Positions 56,329 through 64,000 of a stretch of DNA of 64,000 nt are shown here, in pieces. The stretch is from NCBI GenBank assembly GCA_964461045.1, contig CAYWSJ010000004.1, forward strand, positions 1,361 through 65,360, in the 5' to 3' direction. Position numbers and translations under genes: made by a program. This DNA comes from an uncultured Bacteroidales bacterium (GTDB lineage: Bacteria > Bacteroidota > Bacteroidia > Bacteroidales > UBA12077). The notes beneath the pieces were generated by a model. The model ran no database searches, was not told the DNA's origin, and saw only the letters and a program-made list of their open reading frames with translations. Position 1 is the stretch's first letter. Each line of letters starts with the position of its first letter.

Positions 56329-59300
56329 TTAGTTTATATAGAATTCTAGTTTTGAAGCTGTCTGATTATATTCTTTTATGGTTTTCAGATAGTTTAGTTT
56401 AATATTGTATGCTGCTTTAATGCTTTGCATATATTCATAATACTCTATATCTTCATTATTGTACTTTTGCTGAGCGGTTTTGATCAGAATGTCAGCCTGT
56501 TCGAGACCTTTGTTGTGAAAATACAATATTTGTTGGTGCAGGCTATTGAGTCGATGCGCTGTGTTTTTTATTTCTCTGTCTTGTTTTTTTATTTGGTAAT
56601 CAAGATTGTTTTCAATGATTTTTGTTTTGATTTTAGCTTTCTGAATTTCTGCTTTTTTTGGAAAAAACCATAATGGAATAGAAATCCCTACCATCCAACC
56701 TTCAAACCCTGATTCATGATCTATTTGCTGGTTAAAATATCCTGCACTTATTTCCGGGAATAATTCTGCCCTGTTCATATTCAGTTCCTGTCTGGAAACT
56801 TTCAAACGTTGTTTATATAATTTTTTAATAAGCGGGGAAATGTACTTACCGGAATCTGTTAGATGATATTTCATTTTATGGACAGTGAGAGTATCTGTAG
56901 CCGGTTTAATGATATAATCTATATTCAGAAGGGTTTTAAGATTGTTTTTTGCAATGGCAAGTTCATTATAAGTCTGCTTTAATTTATTTTCTGCTTCCAG
57001 ATATTTGGCTTCAGCAGTAGTTTTTTCCAGGAGTGGGGTTTCTCCCAGTTCATTTTTTAAACCTGCTACCCGGCTGAATTCTTTATAAAGTTTCAGCTCC
57101 TCCTTCAGTATCTTTTTTTTGTTTAACAGAAAAATCCACTCAAAATAAGCGAGCTTCACATCTTTGGTGATTTGCTTCTTTGTAATATTTAATTCGGTCT
57201 TTTTGAGCTTATTTTCTTCTTTTATCTTTTTTCCACGGTAAATAGATTTTATTGGAGAGCCAATGCTTTGATTTATCTCAAAATACTGATCGATAAGAGA
57301 TGAATTAATTTGTCCTTTCTGATAATTAATTTCTGTCGGTTTAAGATCCAGTATTTTTTGTTTTTCAGCTTTGGTCTGCTGAATACGGAGCATTGCATTC
57401 CGGACTTGATAATTCCTTTTTTTAGCAATTTCAATTGATTTCTCCAATGTCAGGGTTTTTACAGTGTCGGTTTTTGTTTCCTGTTGTTGTCCGAAAGACA
57501 GTGTTGGCACAATGAATAGTCCCATGACCAGAAGAGCCATTCCTGTATTGTTTGCTTTGACTTTAGGTTTCCATTTGCCTGAGTTAAAGACTTTATATAA
57601 AATTGGTAGCATAATCATAGTTAGCATCGTAGCCGTAATAATTCCTCCTATTACCACAGTTGCCAGTGGTCTTTGGACTTCTGCCCCGGCCGATGTAGAA
57701 ATAGCCATGGGCAGAAAACCCAGAATATCGGTTGAGGCTGTCATGAGTACAGGGCGAAGGCGATTACAGGCTCCTTTTTCCACAATTTCATCTATTGTGT
57801 ATTTGCCTTCTTCTTTTAATTGATTATAATATGAAATCAGTACAATTCCGTTAAGTACAGCAACACCAAAAAGAGCAATAAAACCAACACCAGCAGAAAT
57901 ACTAAACGGCATACCCCTGATCCACAGTGCTGCTATTCCTCCAACCGCAGATAAAGGAACAGCGCTGAAGATTAGTAGTGCATATTTAAAAGAATTAAAA
58001 GTGAAAAATAATAAAATAAGTATCAGCAGCAATGCGATAGGGACTGCATAGGAAAGCCTTTTTTTGGCAGCCTGCAGATTTTCAAAATCTCCAGTATACT
58101 CAATATAGTATCCGGGTTTAAGATCCAGTTTCCTGGTAAGTTTGGAATCGATTTCTTCAACCAGGCTTTGTATGTCTCTGTTCCTCACATTCACACCCAC
58201 AGTAACTCTTCTTTTTGTATCATCTCTCGAAATTTGTATAGGACCTTCCTCATAATTTACTTCAGCTACTTCACTTACAGGGATTGTTCTGCCTGATGAG
58301 GTCCTTACATTTAATTTGTTCAGGTCTACAGTTCTTCTGTGGGCTGAATCCAGCCTTATTACAAGATCAAATTTTCGTTCTCCCTCAAAAATAACACCCG
58401 ATTCAATCCCGGCAAAAGCCGATTGAATGGTTTGGTTTACCGAAGCAATATCAATTCCGTATTGGGCAAGCCTTTCTCTTTTATATTTTATTGAATATTG
58501 TGGCAATCCGGTTATTTTCTCAACCTGAATATCGGCTGCCCCTTTAATTCCTGAGACTATATCTGCAGCTAAATTTGCCTGTTTGTATAATTCATCAATA
58601 TCTTCCCCAAAAATTTTGAGAGCAATGTCGGTTTTTGCACCGGTCATTAATTCATTAAACCGAAGTTGGATGGGCTGTGTAAAATCAAAAGAAGCCGCGG
58701 GGATTACACTTAATTTTTCTTTCATAAGATTGGACAGCTCTTCCCTGTCATCAGCGCTAACCCATTCATCTTTATCTTTCAGGATGATCATTATATCTGC
58801 ATCTTCTATGGGCATTGGGTCTGTAGGAACTTCTGCCGTTCCGATTTTTGAGATTACCTTTTCGACCTCAGGAAAGTTGTTAAGAAGGATTTTCTCTGCG
58901 CGGGTTGTGTTTTTAATACTCTGATCTAAAGAGCTGCCTGCCGGGATAGTCATCTGCATTGCAAGATCCCCCTCCTCCAGGGTTGGAATAAACTCTCCTC
59001 CAAGTCTGTTGAATGACCAGATGCTTACTCCAAAAGCCACAATAGCAGCGATAATAATTAGTTTCTTGTTTTTAAGTGAAAAACGGAGTACCGGGTAGTA
59101 AGTCCATTTTAAGAATTTAATAAAGCGGTCGGATATATTTTTCTTTTTTTGTACTTTTTTCTTAAGGAATAGCGATGAGATCATCGGAACATAAGTCATT
59201 GAAAGCAGGAAAGCTCCGAGGATTGCAAAGCTGAAGGTTTGCGCCATGGGGCGGAACATCCGTCCTTCAACCCCGGTTAATGTAAGGATTGGAATGAAGA

Positions 59301-60672
59301 CAATAAGGATAATGATGACTCCGAAAGCAGCTGATTTGTATATTGAAACAGTTGATTTTTTTACTACTTCATCCATTTTGCCCTGGCTAAGATGCTTGTC
59401 CCGGTAGTCTTTTTGAAGGTGATAAACAATACTTTCCACAATAATAACAGCTCCGTCGATGACAATTCCAAAGTCAATAGCGCCAAGCGACATAAGGTTT
59501 GCAGAGACACCAAATATCTGCATCATTACTATGGCAAATAAAAGTGAAAGCGGAATTACAGAGGCTACGATTATTCCCGATCGATAACTACCCAAAAGCA
59601 GGATCAGGATAAAAATAACAATCAGGCCTCCTTCAATCAGGTTAGTTTTTAAGGTTCCTGTTGTTTTTTTCACTAAAGCTGCCCTGTCAAGGTACGGTTC
59701 AATTTTAACACCTTCTGGCAGTCGTTCCTGAACTTCTTCAACTCTTTTTTTTACATTTTTTACCACTTCTGATGAATTCGCTCCTCTCAGCATCAGGGTG
59801 ATGCCTCCTACAGCTTCTCCATTTCCGTTTTTCGTCATGGCTCCAAAACGGGGGGTTTTTCCGAATTTTACCTCAGCAACATGTTCAATTAGCACCGGGT
59901 TTCCATTCTTATGGGCAACCACAACATTTTGAATTTCATCAAGATTATTGAGTAGTCCTTCTGCCCGGATATAGTAAGCATTCGACCCCTTCATTATATA
60001 ACCGCTGCCTGTATTCTCGTTGTTTTTCTGCAGGGCTTCTTTTACATCATTTATCGTGAGGTTCAGGTTTTTAAGGGCGTCAGGGTTTATGGAAATTTCA
60101 TATTGCTTAATAAAACCTCCAAAACTGCTTATTTCAACTATTCCGGATATTCCTGCCAATTGCCTTTTTACAATCCAGTCGTGAATGGTGCGAAGTTTTG
60201 TGGGATTGTATTTATCTTGATATGCAGAATCTACTTCAAGTGTATATTGATAAACTTCACCCAGTCCGGTAGTAATTGGGAGCATTTCAGGTTTACCCAG
60301 CCCTTCGGGAATTTCTCCTGATGCCATTTGAATTTGCTCATTAATCCTTTGCCTGGCATTTAATATTGGAACTTGTTCTTTGAAAACGATTGTTATTACC
60401 GAAAGTCCATAACGGGAAATTGAACGAATCTCCTCTACATCTTTAATGTTTGCAAAGGAAGTTTCCAGCGGGAAGGTTATAAATTTCTCCACTTCCTGCG
60501 GGGAAAGAGAAGGAGAGCTGGTTACTACCTGAACCTGGTTGTTTGTTATGTCCGGAACTGCATCAACAGGAATGTTCTGGATAGAATAAATCCCAAAACC
60601 GATTAACACAAAAACAAGAAAACCAATAATGGCTTTGTTTTTTATAGAGAACTCAATTATTCTGTGAAACAT
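56329..60672 (-). CDS. heavy-metal-efflux RND pump (CzcA/CusA family) fused in frame to a TolC-like outer-membrane factor
   Basis: 1447-aa ORF. The first ~1040 aa are a 12-TM RND protein with AIDFGIVIDGAVIIVES in TM4. The junction has MALLVMGLFIVPTLSFGQQQ. About 390 aa of OMF-like sequence follow (LTLEKSIEIAKKRNYQVRNA...). Confidence 0.85.
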   Translation of the reverse strand: MFHRIIEFSIKNKAIIGFLVFVLIGFGIYSIQNIPVDAVPDITNNQVQVVTSSPSLSPQEVEKFITFPLETSFANIKDVEEIRSISRYGLSVITIVFKEQVPILNARQRINEQIQMASGEIPEGLGKPEMLPITTGLGEVYQYTLEVDSAYQDKYNPTKLRTIHDWIVKRQLAGISGIVEISSFGGFIKQYEISINPDALKNLNLTINDVKEALQKNNENTGSGYIMKGSNAYYIRAEGLLNNLDEIQNVVVAHKNGNPVLIEHVAEVKFGKTPRFGAMTKNGNGEAVGGITLMLRGANSSEVVKNVKKRVEEVQERLPEGVKIEPYLDRAALVKKTTGTLKTNLIEGGLIVIFILILLLGSYRSGIIVASVIPLSLLFAIVMMQIFGVSANLMSLGAIDFGIVIDGAVIIVESIVYHLQKDYRDKHLSQGKMDEVVKKSTVSIYKSAAFGVIIILIVFIPILTLTGVEGRMFRPMAQTFSFAILGAFLLSMTYVPMISSLFLKKKVQKKKNISDRFIKFLKWTYYPVLRFSLKNKKLIIIAAIVAFGVSIWSFNRLGGEFIPTLEEGDLAMQMTIPAGSSLDQSIKNTTRAEKILLNNFPEVEKVISKIGTAEVPTDPMPIEDADIMIILKDKDEWVSADDREELSNLMKEKLSVIPAASFDFTQPIQLRFNELMTGAKTDIALKIFGEDIDELYKQANLAADIVSGIKGAADIQVEKITGLPQYSIKYKRERLAQYGIDIASVNQTIQSAFAGIESGVIFEGERKFDLVIRLDSAHRRTVDLNKLNVRTSSGRTIPVSEVAEVNYEEGPIQISRDDTKRRVTVGVNVRNRDIQSLVEEIDSKLTRKLDLKPGYYIEYTGDFENLQAAKKRLSYAVPIALLLILILLFFTFNSFKYALLIFSAVPLSAVGGIAALWIRGMPFSISAGVGFIALFGVAVLNGIVLISYYNQLKEEGKYTIDEIVEKGACNRLRPVLMTASTDILGFLPMAISTSAGAEVQRPLATVVIGGIITATMLTMIMLPILYKVFNSGKWKPKVKANNTGMALLVMGLFIVPTLSFGQQQETKTDTVKTLTLEKSIEIAKKRNYQVRNAMLRIQQTKAEKQKILDLKPTEINYQKGQINSSLIDQYFEINQSIGSPIKSIYRGKKIKEENKLKKTELNITKKQITKDVKLAYFEWIFLLNKKKILKEELKLYKEFSRVAGLKNELGETPLLEKTTAEAKYLEAENKLKQTYNELAIAKNNLKTLLNIDYIIKPATDTLTVHKMKYHLTDSGKYISPLIKKLYKQRLKVSRQELNMNRAELFPEISAGYFNQQIDHESGFEGWMVGISIPLWFFPKKAEIQKAKIKTKIIENNLDYQIKKQDREIKNTAHRLNSLHQQILYFHNKGLEQADILIKTAQQKYNNEDIEYYEYMQSIKAAYNIKLNYLKTIKEYNQTASKLEFYIN

Positions 60673-60698
60673 GTTAACAAATCTTTAAAACCTATAAC

Positions 60699-60706
60699 CA
60701 AATATA
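60699..60706 (-). promoter_or_regulatory. -7 box TATATTTG upstream of the RND operon
   Basis: Minus-strand match to TAnnTTTG, 26 nt upstream of the ATG at 60672. Confidence 0.4.
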
Positions 60707-60747
60707 AGGAAATTAATAGATTAGTTACAGAATTTAAAGAAAATTGT

Positions 60748-61551
60748 TTACCGGGGCTTTTTCTGAAGCTTTCCTTTCGTGCTGTAATAAAATAGCACAA
60801 GACCCAGTATGACGAATGGAATACTTAGGTATTGTCCCATGTTTAATGGTAAATTTTCTTCGAAACCAACCTGGTTCTCTTTAATAAACTCTATAAAAAA
60901 CCTGGCGGCAAATACTAATATTAAGAACAACGAAAACAGGAGACCTGGTTTGAAATTCCCTTTGTTTTTGAAGTAAATTCGATATAAAAGAAAGAATATA
61001 GCCAGGTAAGCCAGCGCTTCGTATATTTGAGTCGGATGTTTGGGAACTATTTCTCCCTGGTTTTTAAAGACAAAGCCCCATGGAAGATTTGTTTGTATCC
61101 CATATATTTCCGAATTCATCAGATTTCCCATACGGATAAAAAAACCAGCAAGTGCTACGACAATAACAATCCGGTCAAGGATCCAGATGTAAGGTTTATT
61201 CTCTTTTCTGACAAACAGATAAAGAACAACAAGGATTCCAATAGCAGCTCCATGACTGGCGAGACCGCCTTTCCATATCTTAAGGATTTCAATAGGATTG
61301 CTTAAGTAAAAATCAGGCTGATAAAAAAGGCAGTGTCCTAATCGTGCCCCAATAACAGTACCAATAATCATATAAATAGTAAGCCTGTCTAAAACTTCAA
61401 CTGAAATTCCTTCGTTTTTAAATATTTTCTGAAAAATATAATAACCCAGCACAAAAGCCAGGGCAAAAAGAATTCCATAATAACGAATTGAAAAAGGGCC
61501 TATTTCAACTATTTCAGGATCAAGATTCCATATAATGGCTTGAAAAATCAT
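60748..61551 (-). CDS. lgt: prolipoprotein diacylglyceryl transferase
   Basis: IRYYGILFALAF, GARLGHCLFY, GGLASHGAAIG and HPTQIYEAL. Confidence 0.9.
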   Translation of the reverse strand: MIFQAIIWNLDPEIVEIGPFSIRYYGILFALAFVLGYYIFQKIFKNEGISVEVLDRLTIYMIIGTVIGARLGHCLFYQPDFYLSNPIEILKIWKGGLASHGAAIGILVVLYLFVRKENKPYIWILDRIVIVVALAGFFIRMGNLMNSEIYGIQTNLPWGFVFKNQGEIVPKHPTQIYEALAYLAIFFLLYRIYFKNKGNFKPGLLFSLFLILVFAARFFIEFIKENQVGFEENLPLNMGQYLSIPFVILGLVLFYYSTKGKLQKKPR

Positions 61552-61573
61552 ATTATATTAGTTTTAATTGCAA

Positions 61574-61581
61574 CAAATGTA
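61574..61581 (-). promoter_or_regulatory. -7 box TACATTTG upstream of lgt
   Basis: Minus-strand match to TAnnTTTG, 22 nt upstream of the ATG at 61551. Confidence 0.35.
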
Positions 61582-61690
61582 GAAAAAAAATTGATTCGGT
61601 AATTACACATTTGATTATTGAATAAAAGAGAAAAAAATGAATTTATTCAACGAATCAGTTTATTTATTTTTAAAAACATTTAAGTTTGTA

Positions 61691-63514
61691 ATGAATAAAA
61701 GTTTACTTATGGGCAGAAGAAAATTTGATATTGGTTTAATCCTGTTAATAGCATTCTTAACTATATTAACATTTCAACGATGTGCAAAGGTTGTTGCTCC
61801 TACCGGAGGAGCAAGAGATACGATTCCACCTGTTCCTCTTGAATCTGAACCTCCAAACTATTCCACTAATTTTGATTCAAAAGAAATTGAAATTGAGTTT
61901 AATGAATTTCTTCAGTTCGATAAAATGCAACAACAGTTTATTGCTTCTCCTCCTTTCGAAGAAGATCCGGAAATCAATTTAAAGGGCAAGGAAGTTGAAA
62001 TTAAGCTTTGGGGAGCATTAGACGGGAATACTACTTACACACTCAATTTTGGAAATGCAATTCAGGATTTTACAGAAGGCAACCCTATAAAGAATTACAG
62101 GTATGTGTTTTCGACTGGTGATTTTATTGATTCTATGGCTATTGCCGGAGTGGTTAAAGAGGCTTTAACCCATAAACCTGTTGAAGATGCTTTGGTAATG
62201 TTGTATGATAATCTTTCGGATTCTATTCCATACAGGGAAATTCCAAATTACGTTTCAAGAACAGATGAAGAAGGCCAATTTTTAATAACAAATATCAGGA
62301 AGGATACTTTTAAACTTTTTGCAATCCAGGAAAAGAATAATAATTATTTGTATGATAGTTATTCAGAAAAGATTGCATTTACAGATACATTGATAACTTT
62401 TGAAGAAAAATTATTTGAGGAATACGATACTCTCTATGTTCAAAACGATTCAATACAGTTAAAGGATAGCATTATAGATACAGTTAAGTTCAGATCTTAT
62501 TATGATTATCCTGTAAAACAATATGCATTGAGGTTGTTTGAGGAAGATAAAGGGGAACAGTACCTCAAATCTTCGAGCCGGCCTGAGGCTTTTAAAGTGG
62601 ACATTTATTTTAACAGGCCGGTCAGAGATAGTTTAAAAGTGAACATTCCGGATAGTATTTCTCACGAAAACAAATGGTATTATAAAGAAATTAACAGCAG
62701 GCGTGACACATTTATCTACTGGCTGACAGACTCTTCTCTATACCTGAAGGAATATTTACCTCTGCATGTAACTTATAAAAAGAAAGACTCGCTTAACAGA
62801 GATATTTGGGTAACCGATAGTCTTGAATTAAGGTATGTAAGTCAGGACGAAAAATGGATGCCAGATTCTATTTCATTATCACCTAATATTAAAAACAATA
62901 CAACAATCGATCTAAACCAACGGATTAAGTTGTATTCTAAAATTCCTGTTTTAGACTATAATTCAGGAGGATTTAAGTTATCAGAGCAGGTAGATTCAGT
63001 TTACAAAAAAGTGTCCTTTACGGATCATTTAGATTCATCATCTTTCCATAATATTTTTATAAAGAAGAAATGGAAGTCAAAAAAGAAATACCAGTTAATA
63101 ATTGAACCAGAAACAGTTAATTATCTTTACAATATGTATCAGAAAGGTCTTGATACAATCCAATTTACAACGCGCAAAATCCAGGAATATGGTGATATGA
63201 TTCTTAATATAACGAATATAGATACTACTTGTTTGGTACATTTACTACATAAGAAGGAGAATAAAATTATAAGAAGTGCTATCTGTACGGGAGAAGATAA
63301 GGCTGTTAAATTTGATTACTTAAATCCCGGGGAGTATCGAATACGCTTGATTATAGATGCCAATGAAAATGGTAAGTGGGATACAGGAGACTATTTAAAA
63401 AATAAACAGCCTGAAAGGGTTATTTATTTTGATGAAAAGATTGAGATTCGTGCCAATTGGGACCATGAATTTCAATGGAACTTAAATATGTCGAACAAAA
63501 AAAATAAACCATAA
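61691..63514 (+). CDS. Ig-like (SbsA-type) domain lipoprotein
   Basis: LTFQRC lipobox-like cysteine, then APTGGARDTIPPVPLESEPPNYSTNF and a carboxypeptidase-regulatory-like GVVKEALTHKPVEDALVML. The start is uncertain (ATGs at 61637, 61691, 61709). Confidence 0.65.
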   Translation: MNKSLLMGRRKFDIGLILLIAFLTILTFQRCAKVVAPTGGARDTIPPVPLESEPPNYSTNFDSKEIEIEFNEFLQFDKMQQQFIASPPFEEDPEINLKGKEVEIKLWGALDGNTTYTLNFGNAIQDFTEGNPIKNYRYVFSTGDFIDSMAIAGVVKEALTHKPVEDALVMLYDNLSDSIPYREIPNYVSRTDEEGQFLITNIRKDTFKLFAIQEKNNNYLYDSYSEKIAFTDTLITFEEKLFEEYDTLYVQNDSIQLKDSIIDTVKFRSYYDYPVKQYALRLFEEDKGEQYLKSSSRPEAFKVDIYFNRPVRDSLKVNIPDSISHENKWYYKEINSRRDTFIYWLTDSSLYLKEYLPLHVTYKKKDSLNRDIWVTDSLELRYVSQDEKWMPDSISLSPNIKNNTTIDLNQRIKLYSKIPVLDYNSGGFKLSEQVDSVYKKVSFTDHLDSSSFHNIFIKKKWKSKKKYQLIIEPETVNYLYNMYQKGLDTIQFTTRKIQEYGDMILNITNIDTTCLVHLLHKKENKIIRSAICTGEDKAVKFDYLNPGEYRIRLIIDANENGKWDTGDYLKNKQPERVIYFDEKIEIRANWDHEFQWNLNMSNKKNKP

Positions 63515-63516
63515 TT

Positions 63517-63828
63517 ATGTCAGTATTACTAGAATTTTCTATGTTTCCTACAGATAAAGGCGAAAGTGTCAGCGATCAGGTCAGTAAAGTGATTCGTTTG
63601 ATAAAAGAAAGCGGGGTTTCTTATAAATTAACTTCCATGGGGACTGTTATCGAGACAGAAACCATGGAGGAAGCTCTTGATATTATAAAAAAATCACATG
63701 AAATCCTCTCAGCTACTTCAAATAGAATCTATTCGAATTTTAAAATTGACTACAGAAGGAATACTTCAAACAGGCTGTCAGGTAAAATAGAATCTATTGA
63801 AAGAAAAATTGGTGATGTAAATCAGTGA
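63517..63828 (+). CDS. MTH1187/YkoF-family (DUF77) thiamine-binding-like protein
   Basis: 103 aa. LEFSMFPTDKGESVSDQVSKVIRLIKESGVSYKLTSMGTVIE is the family pattern. Confidence 0.7.
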   Translation: MSVLLEFSMFPTDKGESVSDQVSKVIRLIKESGVSYKLTSMGTVIETETMEEALDIIKKSHEILSATSNRIYSNFKIDYRRNTSNRLSGKIESIERKIGDVNQ

Positions 63829-63973
63829 TTATTTATATTCTTTTTAAATAGGGAGTATGCAATCTTGCACATGTCCATTCTGTATTTATTGTGATGTTTA
63901 ATTAATAATTTTTTTTTTAACGTTTTATTAATTTTATTATCTTGCATATCCTTTTTAACAAAAAACTGATAAA

Positions 63974-64000
63974 ATGAAACACCTTTACACCCTATTGTTT
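63974..64000 (+). CDS. possible 5' end of a CDS running off the window
   Basis: ATG at 63974 followed by MKHLYTLLF. Too short to judge. Confidence 0.2.

Noticed and set aside
57464-57823. 119-aa plus-strand ORF at the RND/OMF junction
   Set aside because: It is antisense to the continuous 1447-aa ORF. Its hydrophobic translation simply mirrors the TM-encoding strand.
63850-63880. Short inverted repeat TGCAA-tc-TTGCA near the window end as a possible operator
   Set aside because: It has only 5-nt arms in AT-rich intergenic DNA, and the downstream gene is cut off by the window edge. There is insufficient context.

Overview
AT-rich chromosomal segment that looks like Bacteroidota. Evidence for that: TAnnTTTG -7 boxes 15-45 nt upstream of many starts, a T9SS type-B C-terminal sorting domain followed by a PorP/SprF gene, and many lipobox proteins. 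I saw no rRNA, tRNA, CRISPR array, transposase or integrase. Much of the window is housekeeping: purD (partial), metG, cysS, rbfA, an FtsX/LolE-like permease, asnS-rpoN, ispD, lgt, an acyl-CoA ligase, an LD-carboxypeptidase and a C1 peptidase. Four regions stand out. (1) The strongest candidate for an undescribed system is a tightly packed ten-gene minus-strand operon (12937 down to 1740). It encodes CheR, a diverged CheR-like protein, a receiver-less CheB, a membrane GAF protein, a membrane HAMP-like/GAF/PAS/PAS/PP2C sensor phosphatase, a SiaB-like kinase, a DUF1987/SiaC-like target with Thr68, an ABCG-type (IHQPS) exporter with an N-terminal TerB-like/FHA-like region, and two exported proteins. 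No MCP, CheA, CheW, CheY or GGDEF gene occurs anywhere in the window. (2) A copper homeostasis cluster (14868-19412) carries an AraC regulator with an N-terminal CxxC metal-binding domain. (3) An 8.9-kb gene encodes a 2958-aa T9SS surface protein with fourteen in-frame tandem units, twelve of them spaced exactly 273 nt apart, followed by its PorP/SprF partner. (4) A heavy-metal RND pump gene is fused in frame to a TolC-like outer-membrane factor, with a signal-peptide-like segment at the junction. All functional calls rest on motif recognition by eye; no database search was run.
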